Source: the human T2T-CHM13v2.0 reference genome, Homo sapiens. Taken from it: a DNA stretch of 64,000 nucleotides. A model generated the notes under the pieces. The model searched no databases and was not told the DNA's origin. It worked only from the letters and a program-made list of their open reading frames with translations. A program made the translations under genes and the position numbers. Below are positions 47,270 to 64,000 of the stretch, in pieces (positions within the stretch are counted from its first letter, which is position 1; each line of letters starts with the position of its first letter). Location: NCBI RefSeq assembly GCF_009914755.1, contig NC_060942.1; one strand, written 5' to 3'.

Positions 47270-47956
47270 TTGTTCGCAGTGGCAAATCCGTACTGGCCTG
47301 CAGCAACTCACTTCTTGCCTCCTCAAAGGAATGAAGCATAAGGCAGAGTGAGAGACCGAGGCAAGTTTTTGAGCAGGAGTGAGAGTTTATTAAGAAGTAT
47401 TAGAGCAGGAATAAAAGTAAGTAAAGTACACTTGGAAGAGGGCCAAGTGGGCAACTTGAGAGATTCAGCTGTGCCACCTGACCCTTGATTTGGGGATTGA
47501 TACATTGGTACGGTTCTAGGCCTTGCATTACTTCTTCCGATTTTTCCCTTGGGGTGGGCTGTCGGCATGCTCAGTGGCCTGCCGGCACTTGGGAGGGGCG
47601 GCATGTGCAGTGTGTTTACTGAAGTTGTGCACATACTCACTAGAGACATTCCTCCCTTACCAGTCTTGTTCCTAGAGGAAGCTCATATACCAGTTAAACT
47701 CTACCATTTTGCCTCTTAGTGAGCATGTTTGAGCCCACTCTCCCAAAATCTTATCCACAAGCTGCTGATCACCAGATTCTAGTATTTTCCATCTATTGGG
47801 AGAATGCCTTTCCCTGACGCCAGTTGAGACGAATGATTATTTTAGATAGTTTAACAACTTGCCTGACCATCACCTGATAGTCGCTTGACATTCCTGGGCG
47901 GGGTGGGGGAGGTTTTCTCCTGCCCTGCCCAAGTCTGCCTAGCTACCTATTCTAAG
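47270..47956 (-). mobile_element. Solo ERV1 LTR (MER50-like)
   Basis: Minus strand starts TTAGAATAGGTAGCTAGGCAGAC..GCAGGGCAGGAG, carries AATAAA and ends in ACA. Confidence 0.7.
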
Positions 47957-48470
47957 GGAATGTAGACAGGAAGTAATAAAGACACCAATACGCCAAACTC
48001 CCTCATGTTAAGTTTACCCTAAGTCTTGATGTGTTCCCAGTAACCCTAAGGCACTGTCTCAAACTTAAGATAGATATTTGTTTTTCTTTTTTCTCTACTT
48101 GTCTGAAAGTTATTTGCAGCTTCTATATCTTTGGCTCAACTTTCATTTAGTAGCATAACCTTAGGCAAATCTTCCTTGGATCTAAGTTTACTCTGCAAAA
48201 TACTAATGTTGGTAGAAGGAGACAATGCTGTTGTTGCCTTCCAGCCAGAAACCTCCAGAAACACACCTATAGTTGAACAAGTTGGGTTTAATGTTCTTTG
48301 GAAGAAGGGAGATTGCACATCATGGGTGTGCCTTTGGGAACTGCAGCACATCTCAGTAAAAGGGTGGTAGGATTTGGGGTTTGGTTAGGTGATTTGGGGA
48401 GGATCCAAGGAAGTACGGGTTCACTCTGGATTGGGTACTGTCAGGAAGTAGGGACAAGTCTTTGGGTATC

Positions 48471-49399
<929 letters not shown>

Positions 49400-49945
49400 G
49401 TATCATCTTATCCTGAAGGAGGGCTGATTAGAGCTAGGCTCAAGCTGCACCTGGGAAAGCAGCTACAGTCCCTCATATTACCTGGGACAGGGCATATTTG
49501 GTGTTACATGGTTTACACAGTGATCTTGTTTTTGTGCCTGGGCAAAATTACAGTCTTGTTTCATATCACTTTAGTGTAGTCAGAGTGGCCACATCTGATA
49601 TTGGTGTTTTATAAGGTTGTTCATAGCAAAAGAACAACACGGCCCAGCACAGAGGACCAGGCCAGCTTCTAGCATGACCCAGGCCTAGCTCTGAGTTTCA
49701 AATCAGTTCCTGGAAGTCAGTCTGCTTTTCTCTTTCTGAACTGTTATTAAGTGTATCTTGTATGAAATTTGCTTCTTTTCAAATGTGGTTTTCCTGTTGA
49801 GGCTTTGAAGCTAGGACTAAACCTCTTTGAGAATGAGCTGAAGGCTTTCCTCAAGTGAGGGTATTCTTTGGTCAGCCACTCAAAAAGTGAATCCATCTTT
49901 AGATTGGAAGGTGGTTTCAAAAGTCAACTTTTCACTGCATAGTAT

Positions 49946-51305
<1,360 letters not shown>

Positions 51306-51595
51306 TTATACTGTGACCATTTTTCTGGATCATGAAATATTTCAATAGTGGTCTCTAATGATGGGTGCTTAAGGGCACCATCCCTGGGGATGTCTTCTTG
51401 TATATTTTTAGGTGGGTCAGGTTAACAATGGGTGTGGAAGGGCACCATCTCTGGAGGTGTCTTATTCCATAAATTTGGGTGTAAATTTTTTTAAAGATTT
51501 CCAGGTGATTTTGATGTGTACTCCCAGTTAAGAAAAAATGTATCAGTATTTCCATATAGATGCTCAGTTTCTGGGCTATTCTGTTCCACTGGTCA

Positions 51596-51941
<346 letters not shown>

Positions 51942-52564
51942 TTACTGAAATTTTGTAAGTCTCAATGCCTGCTAAGGAAAGCTTCCCACTTTCTCAAGGA
52001 GGGTCTTCCTTATTCATGGGCCTTTGCTCTTCCATATAAATCTTATAATGAGCTTGTCAGTTTTCACATAGAAACAGTTGAAATTTTGATTTTTAATCTA
52101 TAGATCAACTTGGGGACAACTGACAAACTTTTAGTGGTATGGAGTCTTCGAATTCTTGTACCTAATTATTTCTCCATTTTAATGTTGTCATTGTTTTTCA
52201 CTTATATTTTACAAATTCCTCCATACAGATCTTATGACTATTTCCCCACTGATTTTTCATGCCATCTCTACCGTATGCTATGTTATACATAGGATTGGGC
52301 CTATCCTTGCACTCCCTATTCTGTTTCGTTGATCTACTTGTCTTTGCCTACACCAAAACTGCCTTTAATTCCATAGCTTTAAAGTAATTGCTCAATAAGC
52401 CTTGTTATCTGAGAGTTTCTCCCTGCCCCCAACTTTTGGACTGTAAGATGCTGACCTCTGGTTTAAATGATCTTGACACGTATTAGAATATAGGCCCCAT
52501 AATGAAGCTTCTCAAGAGAGCATTACAAAGAAACTTTGTCAACCTGTAGCTGCAGAGTTTTAAA

Positions 52565-55500
52565 TTTCATTTAGATTTGGCACACCTCTTTATTCAAAAG
52601 TATTTATTTCCACAAATTTTTATCCACAGCTAAATATTACAGTGACTATTACAAGCATTTTTCTATAAACAAAGGTGTAGTTTACAGATTTGTGCAAAGT
52701 GGGAAAATATTTTCATCAGTAGTCTTTCTTCCATGGTGTTGGATTCACCCCTGAATATGATCTGAACTCTTTCAGAGAGGCAGTCCTTCATCTAAATGTC
52801 AGTTGGTGGCAAAATGTTATATTCAAATCTGGATTATTCTGATACAGTGTCACTTTAGAAAGTAGCTTAGTTTCATTTCTGATTGATCCCCTTTGTTAGA
52901 ATTAGAAATTTTTTGAAAAACAATCTTTTGTATCTAATGACCTTTATAATAAAAAAAACCCTGTCCTGTGTTTCTCATTGGCATTAACCTCTGTCTACAC
53001 CCTCTAATTCTCTAATTATGGCACCAGTGGGTATAAAAAGTGAATTATGGTTATTTGGCTCATGCAGCAAATTAATTGGAGAAACTGACCACAAATATTC
53101 TGTGAAGAACTACAAGGTCTTGCCCCATGCTGTCCCATTTTAGTGACCATTTAGTTATGCAGGCATTATACAAATGCCTCAATTTAGGACACCCTTGCTG
53201 TCTTAGTAGGTCAAGTGTATGAAAATTTACTTTATGCAGAAGAAATGAATTCTAATTTATTGGTTACTGGAATCTTAATGTATGAAAGCTCTAAGTAAAT
53301 ATTTGATGAATTGATGGTAGCAGTGTTGATTTTTAACTGTTCCAAGCTCCTAGTTTTGTTTTGTTTTTACAAAAGCCTTAAAATTTAGTACTAGGGAAAT
53401 CAAAGGAAGCAACTCCCACTGACATGCTTCATGGAAAGGGGAAAAACATCTACCTTTGGGTCTAATCTGCCTCCCAGGTGAGCCTACAGGTACTGGAACT
53501 CTAACTGCAACTATGAGGGCACAGGGAAAATGCATGTATGTAATATGCTTGTCAGCTTCAGCAACAACTCATGTGTACATTCACATTTACTATAAGTAAA
53601 CAGGTCCCGTATAATACTTAAAACACAAGTTTTGATCTATAAATATTTGATTCTTAATATTTAAAATGCTTCTAATGTTTTAAAAGACAAAACTCCCCCA
53701 TGATATCACCTTGAACATTAAAATTATTCCCACAGCAACACTTATTTCAGAGAAACAACTGATGTCAGTTATCTTAGTAACCGCTAAAGGCACCTGGTGA
53801 AAAAAATGTCAACTAAATTTTAAATATTAAAAAATTAAAGAGACATCTAATGCAGAGTTCAAACCTGAATTGTTAAAGAGTCATTACTGATTTCATGACA
53901 CTGATAAATGTTTGAATTGAAATGATTTTTTAAAATGCAGAGAAAATGCTAACAAAAGATTATATAGTTCCCCTAAAGATGCTTCTTCTAGCCTCCAAGT
54001 ATTAAAGAAGACAGATCTAAATATTAACTACATATAAAGTATATATTTGTTAGTCATCTGTAAGTTTTAAGTACAATTCCAGGATATACCTTTATCTTTT
54101 GGAAGAGAAGAACTAAATCTGCCATTTCTTAGGCTAAATGGACTATTCATAAGGTCCTTCCCTCCCCATTTATTCTAATTGCCAAGCTTTTATTCAGTAA
54201 GCTCTTGGCACCTAGTGATTAACCAGTGACAGCAGAGAGTAGTGACCAAGAGAGATGGAGAGAATGATGGTATAAGACAGTGTATAAGGATAGTAAGCCA
54301 CTGTGTTTGTGGAACCACTGCATGTCAAAACTCCTTAACACTCTAACAAGGCATTTTTGGTCTTTTAAGGATGGTCCTTACATAAGAGACTCACTTTCAA
54401 ACTAAAGTGCATTAAAAAACAAATTATCCTTCACAAACAACTTTAAAGAGGTAGCCACAAACCCAGTTGTTTTAGATTGGCCTTCTAAATGAAGTCAGCA
54501 CATGGATCCATGGGTAAGTGTCATGGACGTCAGTGATTATGTAACTGTAACTGAAAGAAAAAGGCACAGCTCTGCCGATGCCCAAGAGAAGCCGGCATGT
54601 TTAATGTGGATGTAGAGGGGATAATGCCCATGACAACTGATTGGAACACAATGTCAGCAGCCTTAACCCAGGCTAAGACTGGCCTAAGCCCCAGGAGATG
54701 CAGAGAACAACTGAGGAAGCTGTGCTCTAAGGGCACAGTGCAGAAGGTAGCGTGGAGTGTGCTGTGTTTCCAAGAGCCTTTTAAGTTGGGTGGTTGAGTA
54801 AAAGAGGGTGAAGGCAGGCTGTTCTACTTCCAATTCATGGATAAATCTTATTTTCTCAATGTAATACAGAGGCTGTTCTTCCATGATTTGCAAATACCAT
54901 TTTTTTCTTATGGGAACAGCATACTGCTATCAAGAAATACAGAAAAGACAGTAAAAAAAAGTGTGGAAAGAATATGGGTTTCCAATTGAATGCTTGCTTT
55001 TGAAGAAACCAAAAACAAGTTAAAAAAAATTCTAAGAGCAGCAAACATCTAAGCCTGTTATATTACTGAATTACTTTTTTAAAATCCTTATTTTGTGGGA
55101 GAGATATTTACAATTTTTTGTGTGCTAAATTTGAAAAACGTTGAAAATAACCTGAAAAGGGAAAGTTGACCTAAGCCATTTTATTCTCTTAAAAAAAAAA
55201 AACCCAAACTTTTGTATAATATCCCTGAACTGATTATTTTTGAAGGTTTTTCAGATGATCTGATGTGCGAACTTTAGTTTGTTTTACTATTTGGTTTCTG
55301 GAACAGTAGAGCATTATGTGATGCTCTTACTGGAAGCTTAATGGTATTAAGAGATTAAAAGCTTTCATATTGACTTGTTTGGTTTTTACATCTATAAATA
55401 AAACAAGTTTGTTATCCGTTTCTAATATTTAGCTTATATACATTTTTGTGAAAGTTTTGTGGGACTTGGAAAGTGTATGGACTAGCATCAGAAACAAAAT

Positions 55501-56246
55501 ATTTTTCCATCTTTCTCACTTGGAGTTTGGGATAGCAGCATTTTAATAATCTCTTCCATTAAATCAAGATAACACAAAAGCGTTTGAGCACACTGAGGAC
55601 TGGCACTTCTAATTTTGCTTCAGAAACCAGTACTCAAAATGTCTGGTCTGGAGGTCAGTTACACCACTGTCTGTGTATAATCAGCCATTAAAAAATATTT
55701 TGGGAATATTTCTCAGAAGTCTCATCCCCATATTTTTGTTCTTAAAACATCTCACCACAAACTCAACCACACCTATGGTTTGCAAACTTTGGGAAATGTC
55801 AGTATATGCCATTATCATGGTTATTAGTACCATTATTTGTTAAAGCCCTTTGAAGGCAATTTATGTGACTTATATATATTTGGTATTTTAATTTGGACAT
55901 TCTCTAGTTCTATGCAAAGATCAAAACTAGGCAGCTTCATTTTATAGAATTGACACCTTTTATATGTCTATGGGGACTGCTTGGTGTCTATAAATTATGT
56001 ATATGTGTTGGACTGAAATCAAACTTAAAATCTTCCATATTTCAAGTGTTTTTATTCTGAGCAGTAGGTACAAAAAATAATGACATAGTTGTGTCTAATT
56101 CTGTATAGTTCAGCACCCTCCACAGGCTGTCAATCTCTGATTTGATCTACTTTTACCAGATTTAACAGATCCTTGAATTTACTTTACTGTATATACTTCC
56201 TTCTTGCTCACATTGGGAATCAAACTAATGCTGGAAACATGCATCT
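52565..56246 (-). other. MYO5B: MYO5B 3'UTR (about 3.7 kb, repeat-poor)
   Basis: Runs from the stop codon to twin AATAAA signals; the 3' limit is approximate. Confidence 0.7.
52589..52608 (-). terminator. MYO5B: Twin AATAAA, distal MYO5B poly(A) signals
   Basis: tttatt at 52589-52594 and 52603-52608. Confidence 0.7.
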
Positions 56247-56399
<153 letters not shown>

Positions 56400-57724
56400 C
56401 TATGGGGAAGAATAAGACCATGTAAAGTTTGAGTACCCCTAAAAATAGCCAGTTTAAGTGAATTCACAAAAGTGAGTTGGCATATATCATGGAAAGATTT
56501 CTACGACAATTAGGTAGAACTTCAGGACTAGGAGAATGTGATCTCCTCACCCTTGAGGTATTTAGTGGGGAGAGAAGCCCTGACTTAGGCTTCTTGGAGA
56601 TCAGAGGGCTGTAAGCACTCTCCCAATTCTAGCATTCTTTAAAAAATTGTCTAAGGGAGAATATAAAATACATCTCAGGTGCAAACCATATGGAGAGGCA
56701 CTATAGTGAAGTGGCCAAGGGCATGGGTTTTTTTTTTTAGGTAGACAGCTGAGCTCTAATCCTGGCACCACCCTGGGCAAATTCCTGAATTTTTTATGCC
56801 TCAGTTTCTTTACCTGTAGAATGGGAGAAGAGTACATCACATAAAATGGCAGAGTAGGAAGCCCTAGGGATTGGTCCCTCCACTGAAGCTACCTTGAAGT
56901 AGAAACAGTGATTGTCAACTATCTCATAACTCTGGAACTTGATTGGACATTTATAACAATCGGGAGACTGATTGGTAAAGGGAGAGGCTGCTGATCTTTG
57001 CTAAGGGAACTGTGTGTGTGACCCAGCTACTATCCCCCTCTCTTCAGCTCCCCTGAAGCTATGGGGATAGCAGCTCACATTCCTGGAGTAGCTAGCTGGC
57101 CAGGGTAGGCAGTGGGACCTTGTCCTCCAAAAATTTGGGGTTGTGCCCTTTGATCTGGTGGGTCCCAGCAGATGCCTGTCTTGGTTTAGACATTCCTTGG
57201 GATGCAATGGCTTCCACTAGTGGCATCAACTGGAAAATTTAAAGGCACAGAGCCCCTCCCTGCTTCCTATTTGAAGCCAGAAATTTTAGGAAAAGTACAA
57301 AAACTGAAATGAAAAATTCACTAGAGAAGTTTAACCGCAGACTTGAGCAGGCAGAAGAAAATCAGTGAATTTGAAGATAAAGCAATTGAAATGATCCAGT
57401 CTGAGAAGAAAATAAAAATAATGAGGTAAAAATGAACAGAGCCTAACAGACCTATTGGACACCATCAAGTATACCAACATACACATTACAGGAGTACCAG
57501 AAGGAAAAGAGCAAGAAGGGGGCAACAAAATATTTGAAGAAATAATGCCAGAAACTTCCCAAATCTGATGAAAGACATGTATGTAATCATCCAAAAAGTT
57601 CAATGAACTCCAAGCAGGATAAAGGCAAAGAGATTCACAGTGAAACACATTATACTAAATTGTCAAAACCCTAAGACAAAGAGGGAGTCTTGAAGGCAGT
57701 GAGAAAGAAGTGACTTGTCACATA

Positions 57725-57943
57725 CAGTCGTCCCTCAGTATCCATGGGGGATTGGTTCCAGGAATTCCCACAGATACCCAGATCCATGGATATGCAAGTA
57801 CTGCTGTCGGCCCTGTAGAACCTATAGATAGAAAAAGTTGTCCCTCCATAACTACAGGTTCTGCATCCTGTGAATACTGAATTTTGAATCTGTGGTTGGC
57901 TGAATCTGCAGATATGGAACCTGTGGATATGGAGGGCTGACTG
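57725..57943 (+). mobile_element. Tigger-derived MITE (MER2/MER8 family)
   Basis: TA-flanked TIRs cagtcgtccctc...gagggctgactg. Confidence 0.8.
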
Positions 57944-58856
57944 TATAAGGTATCCTCAAATAAGATTAACAGCTGTTTTTCATCAGAAACCATGGAGGCT
58001 AGGAGGCAGTGGGATGACACAGCTCAAATCCTGAAAGGAAAAAATCTTGTCTGCTAAGAATTCTAAATCTGGCAAAACTACCCTTCAAGAATGAAGGAGA
58101 AATTAAGTCATTTCCAGAGACAAAGAAGGACATTATATTTTAATAAAAGGTTCAACTCATCAAGAAGATATAATAAACATCTGCATCTAGCAACAGAACC
58201 CCAAAATATTTGAAGGGAGAATTGACAGACTTTAAGGGAGAATAGTTCTACAGTAATGGTTGGACATTTCAATACCCCATTTTTAATCATGGATAGAACC
58301 AGATAGAAGATCAATAAGAAAATAGAGGCCATGAACAACACTATAAACCAATTAGTCCTAACAAACACATATGGAACACCCCACTTAGCAGCATACACAT
58401 TCTTCTCAATGCATATGGAACAGTCTCCAATATTCAAACAAGTCTGAATAAATTTAAAAATATTAAAGCCATATGAAATATTTTTTCTGATTAGGATGGA
58501 ATGAAACTATAAATCAATAAATGAAAGCTGCAAAATCCACAAATATATGGAAAATAATAAGTTCTCAAATAGCCAATGGGCTAAAGAAATCACAGGGGGA
58601 ATTAGGCAATAAAAATATAATAAACCAAAGCTTATGGGATGGGATAAACATAGTGCTAAAAAGTTTGTAGCTGTAAATGTCTACATTAAAAAAAAAAATC
58701 TCAAATCAATAACCTAACTGTATACCTTAAGGAATCAGAAAAAGAGCAAACTAAACCTAAACCTAGAAGAAATGAAATAACATAAATTAGATGGAAAAAA
58801 TAGAGAACAGATCAATACCCAAAACAAATGAAATCAAAGTTGGTTCAAAAAATTGA

Positions 58857-59012
<156 letters not shown>

Positions 59013-59921
59013 TAAAATGAGAAATTAGCAAATCAGAAATGAAAGTGAGGACATTACTGCCAATTTTACAGAAATAAAAAGGATTATAAGAGAATACTAT
59101 GAAAAATTTAACACCAACAAATTGGATAACCTAGATGAAATGGACAAAATCCCAGGAACACACAAACTACCAAAACTGATTTAAGAAGAAATAGAAAATT
59201 TGAATAGACCTATAACAAGTAAGCATATTGAATTAGTAATTAAATATTTCCCAACAAAGGAAAGCCCAAGATGGGCTTCACTGGTGAAGACTATCAAACA
59301 TTTAAAGAAGAATTAACACCAGTTCTCAAACTCTTCCTAAAAATCAAAGAGGAAGGCACACTTTAACTCATTCTATGAGGCCAGTATAACCCTAATATCA
59401 AAGCCAGATAAAGACCCTGTAAGAAAACAAAACTATATTCATCCCTTATAAATACAGATGTAAAAGCCCTCAAGAAAATACTAGCAAACTGAATTCAGTA
59501 AAAGGTTAAAAGGATTATACACCATGACCAAGCAAGATTTACCTTCAGAAAGCAAGGTTAGTTCAACATAAAAATCAATCAATGTAATATACCACATTAA
59601 CAGAATGAAGAGGAAAAAACCCACATCATCTCAATCGATGGAGAAAAGCATTTGCCAAAATCCAACTTTTTTAATGATAAAAAGATAAATCCCTCCATGA
59701 TGAAGACCATATGTAAAAACCCCACATTTAACATCACAAATATCACACTCAGAAAGTTTTTCCTCTAAGATCAAGAATAAGATAAGGATGCCTGTTCTTA
59801 CCACTTCTATTCAGTATAGTTCTAGCCAGGGCAATTATACAAGAAAAGAGATAAGAGGCAGCCAATTTAAAATGATCCTCTTGCAGACAACATATCTTAC
59901 ATGTAGAAAAACTGAAAGAAT

Positions 59922-59922
<1 letters not shown>

Positions 59923-59954
<32 letters not shown>
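59923..59954. repeat. (CA)16 microsatellite
   Basis: Read directly. Confidence 0.95.
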
Positions 59955-59956
<2 letters not shown>

Positions 59957-60348
59957 TATTGCTAGAGCTAATGAATTCAGCGAAGTACATAATAAAAAAA
60001 AACACATAAAAATCAGTTGTATTTCTATTCACTAGTAATGAATAATCAGAAAGAAAAACAATTCCATTTACAATAACATCAAAAAGAATAAAATACTTAG
60101 GAATAAATCTAGCCAAGAAGGTGCAACACTTCTGAAAAAGTCAAGACCTAAACAAATGGAAAGACACCCCATGTTCATGTACTAGAAGACTTAAGATGAC
60201 AATACTACATAAGCAATCTACAGATTCAGTGCAATCCCTATCAAAATCCCAATGACGTTTTTTGCAGAAATCTAAAAAAATCCTAAAATTCATATCAAAC
60301 TTCAAGGGATCTTGACTAGCCAAAGCAATCCTGAAAAATAACAAAATT

Positions 60349-60635
60349 GGCCAGGTGCAATGGCTCATGCCTGCAATCCCAGCACTTTGGGAAGCTGAGG
60401 TGGGCAGATCACCTGAGGTTGGGAGTTTGAGACCAACCTGGCAAACATGGTGAAGCCCCTTCCCTACTAAAAACGCAAAAATTAGCCAGGCATGGTGGTG
60501 CATGCCTATATTCCCTGAGGCAGGAGAATTGCTTGAACCTGGGAGGCGGAGGTTGCAGTGAGCCAAGATTGCACTACTGCGCTCCATGGGTGATAGAGTG
60601 AGACTCTGTCTCAAAAAAAAAAAAAAAAAAAAAAA
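60349..60635 (+). mobile_element. Alu (AluS type)
   Basis: Dimeric Alu with poly(A); aaaa(t/c)aaaattgg-like flanks. Confidence 0.92.
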
Positions 60636-63600
60636 GGAAAACAAAATTGGAGGACTCACACTTCCCATTTGAAAACTTTTTACAAAGCTATGGGAATCAA
60701 AACAGTATGGTACTGGTATACGGACAGACATACAGACCAATAGAATATAAGGGCCCAGAAAAAAAAAAAACCCTCATATTTTTGGTCAATTGATTTTTGA
60801 CAAGGGTGCCAAGTCCATTCAATGAGGGAAAGGGCAGTGTCTTTGACAAATGGTGCTGAGACAACTGGATATCCACATACAGAAGAATGAAGTGGGACAT
60901 TCACCTTATACCATATACAAAAATTAACTCTGAATGGATCAAAAACTTAAAGGGAGCTAAATCTGCAAAGCTCTTAGAAAACATAGGGGAAAGTATTTAT
61001 GGTTCTTAAAAATGACATCAAGAGCATAGGAAACAAAAAAATATACATAGATTGGACATCCTCAAAATTTAAAACTCCTGCATCAAAGGACACTATCAAG
61101 AAAGTGAAAAGACAACCCACAGAATGGGAGAAAATACTTGCAAATCATATCTGATAAGGATTTAATATCCAGATTATACAAATAACTCCTACAACTCAAT
61201 ATCAAAAAGACAATAATCTAATTTAAAAATGAATTAAATACTGGAATAGATATTTCTCCAGAGAAGATATATACATGGCCAATAGGCACACGAAAAGATG
61301 CTAGTCATCAGAGAGATACAAATCCAAACCACAATGAGATGCCACTTCACACCCATTAAGATGGCTATAATTTTAAAAAGCTGGAAAATCACAAGTGTTG
61401 GTGAGGATGTGGGGAAACTGGAACTCTCATGCATTGCTGGTGGGAATGTAAAATGGTATAGCTGCTGTGGAAAAGTTTCAGATTCCTCAAAAAGTTAAAT
61501 ATAGAGTTACCATATGACCCAGTAATTCTGCCTCTAAATATATGCCCCAAAGAACTGAAAAATTGATCTCAGCTCCTTGTGCAACAATGTTCATAGCGGC
61601 ATGATTCCCAATAGCCAAAAGGTAGAAACAGTGCAGTTTCCATCAACCAATGAATAGACAGAATGGGATATATAAAGGGAATATTAGTCACTAAAAAAAT
61701 GAAGTTTTTATGCATGCTACAACATGGATGACCTTTGAGAACCTAAGTGAAATAAGCCAGACCCGAAAGAATATCGTATGAGCCAACTTATATGTGATAT
61801 CTAGAATTTACATATAGAAGCCTACCCAGGGTTGAAGGGAAGGGAGAATATTATTTGCCCAAATGGGTAGTGTTTCTGTTTAGGATGATGAAAGAATTTT
61901 GGAAATAGTGGTGATGGTTATGTAATATTGTGAATATACTTAATGCCACGGAACTATACACTTAAAAATGGTTAAAATGGAACACACATACCCCAAAACC
62001 ATGGGATGGAGAAGAGTACCCTTCTGATAAGGTTGTGAGGATTTAAAGAGTTAACAGGTGTAAAGAACACAGAGTACCATCACTGGCACATAGTAAGTGC
62101 TGTATTTGCTGTTATCAGTTTTATAATATGCTCCTTTGTTCCTCCTGCCCATGCATTAACCATTGACCTCTGAACCATGAACTGCTGGTAGAAGCTGTAC
62201 TTTTACAAAAGTCAATAGGGTTAACTGTGGGAGTATTGCCAAAAAGGAAAATCAATATATCCTGATTTTGTGAAAACACAATTTATTTTTCTTAAACCTC
62301 GAAACAGGCCATAGTCAGTAAATACATAGCAGCATTTGAAAATCGCTGGGAAATAGGTTTACAGAATGAAGTCAGCTGGAGCATGGCACTGTAAGATGGC
62401 TCTATAGTGGCAGGGGAACCTAGAATTGCCCACGTTTTCATCCATTACCTGAATTATGAATAGAAAGCATGACTTAAATTTCCAGTACCCGTGTGTTTGG
62501 CATCTTGAAAGATGGGCCAAAATTTTAAAGTAATTTTAATCATTTGAAAAAGTGGTTTGAAATAATGGGAGAGAAGTTTAAAGGAGAGAAAGGTATTTAG
62601 GGAGGAATAAGCAACTAGCCTCACTAATTCAAGGTACTCAATGATGGCTCTGGTGTGGCCTGGCAGAATGATTCTCTGGGATTGTTGACAGCTCACACAC
62701 AGCCCACTCTGAGGTTTGCTGCGTTTATTATCATGAACCTATCACAAGGCATATGTATGTAAAATGTGAAATGGCAGGAGGCTCTGGGAAAAAAAGTCAT
62801 CTTTGTAGCACTTAAGGGCCCTTGTATTTCTCCACATTAGTTAGATGTGACAGTAGACTTCACTACCTAAAGGGTTTGAAGAAATTTTAGAGAGTATAAA
62901 AATGGGAAAAGAAAGTGAAATATTACCTATATTATCACAATTCAACAGCAAAAGGCATGTATACTTTTAATCAATTAAAGTATATAAGGTGGTCATTTCA
63001 CAGAAATCCTCCTGTGAATGCTTTGGTGAGTTTAACAACTTCAAATTTACATTTTTAAAGGTCAGTACAAAGCTATAAAAAGCCCAGAGCGCCCAAGCAA
63101 TGGTTTGCTTTAACAAGTAACTTGTCTTTATCACACATGTGAGTTCAAATGTAGGAGGGCAGGACTGATTGTTCACCATTTCTTCTGAGCATTGTATAGG
63201 TAGAAACAACATAAAGCTATAGCTCATGAAAAAAATATTTTGCTAGAACTGCGAGACACTGAAATTGATTACTGAGGAAGATTCAGAATCTGACTGTACA
63301 TATTTTGAGAGAATAGTTGGGCTTAACCTCCATTATATTTTCCCTTTGTCCTTGATCCATTAAACCTGCAGTATGATGTGGCATATATTTTTTAACCTGA
63401 ATTCTCATAAACAGTGGGGTTGCCAATTTATGAGCAGTTATAGTTCTCCCTCTAATGTGTGTCTCAGATATTCGAAACTAAACAAGACTTTCTAAACTTG
63501 CACTTTTGTATAAATTATCAGCCCTCCATAAAAATCCATATAATGGGTCCAGGTTCAGATATCTCAGTGGCTTCTGTCATCAAACTCTTCCCATTCAGCA

Positions 63601-64000
63601 GCTGACTATGAGCATCCTAACTGGATCCTTTCTGTCAGCGCCACCCACAACCCCATTGTTATATACATGTTGGTGAGTAGAGAGACTCACTCTGCCTGCC
63701 CCATTCTGCGGCCTGTGTCTTTAACAATCGACTGTGTTTCTGTCATTGCCCTTAGGAGAACAACCTTTAGTCTGACTAGGCACCACTTCCCAGACGTTCC
63801 CTCTGTTGGCCTCTGTTCCCTACTTAGATGCTGGGCTAAAGTTCATTTAGGCTTTTTTTTTGCCATGGCTCTTTTCAAACCCCTTTTTAGCTCTTTTCAG
63901 GGCTCTCTAAATCTCTGGATCTACATTGAAACACTGTAAGGAGCTCCAAATAAAATCCCAGGAGTATTCCAAAGGGAACAGGTTCTTGTACAAAGCTCCA

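Overview
Human (primate) genomic DNA that I recognise as the chr18q21 ACAA2-SCARNA17/SNHG22-MYO5B locus. The minus strand carries the complete 10-exon ACAA2 gene (mitochondrial 3-ketoacyl-CoA thiolase). I rebuilt its CDS by hand from GT-AG boundaries: 1194 nt, 397 aa. The minus strand also carries the last coding exon and 3'UTR of MYO5B. On the plus strand, the tandem box C/D scaRNA SCARNA17 runs divergently from the ACAA2 CpG-island promoter, and its U12-G22 and U4-C8 guides can be read directly. The rest is nested retroelements: L1s, about 20 Alus, two SVAs, solo LTRs and MITEs. No new protein-coding system is supported. The best leads are: (1) a third, D-box-adjacent element in SCARNA17 complementary to U2 snRNA nt 39-48; (2) a 173-bp, 98%-identical inverted duplication with template-switch scars around the intron-2 SVA; (3) a full-length SVA_F-type insertion in intron 1 that may be non-reference; (4) a spliced-and-reintegrated L1 (SpIRE 97/622); (5) an Alu-flanked, phase-symmetric exon 6-7 module that would form a stop-free circle. 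Repeat subfamily names and snRNA sequences come from memory and need database confirmation.
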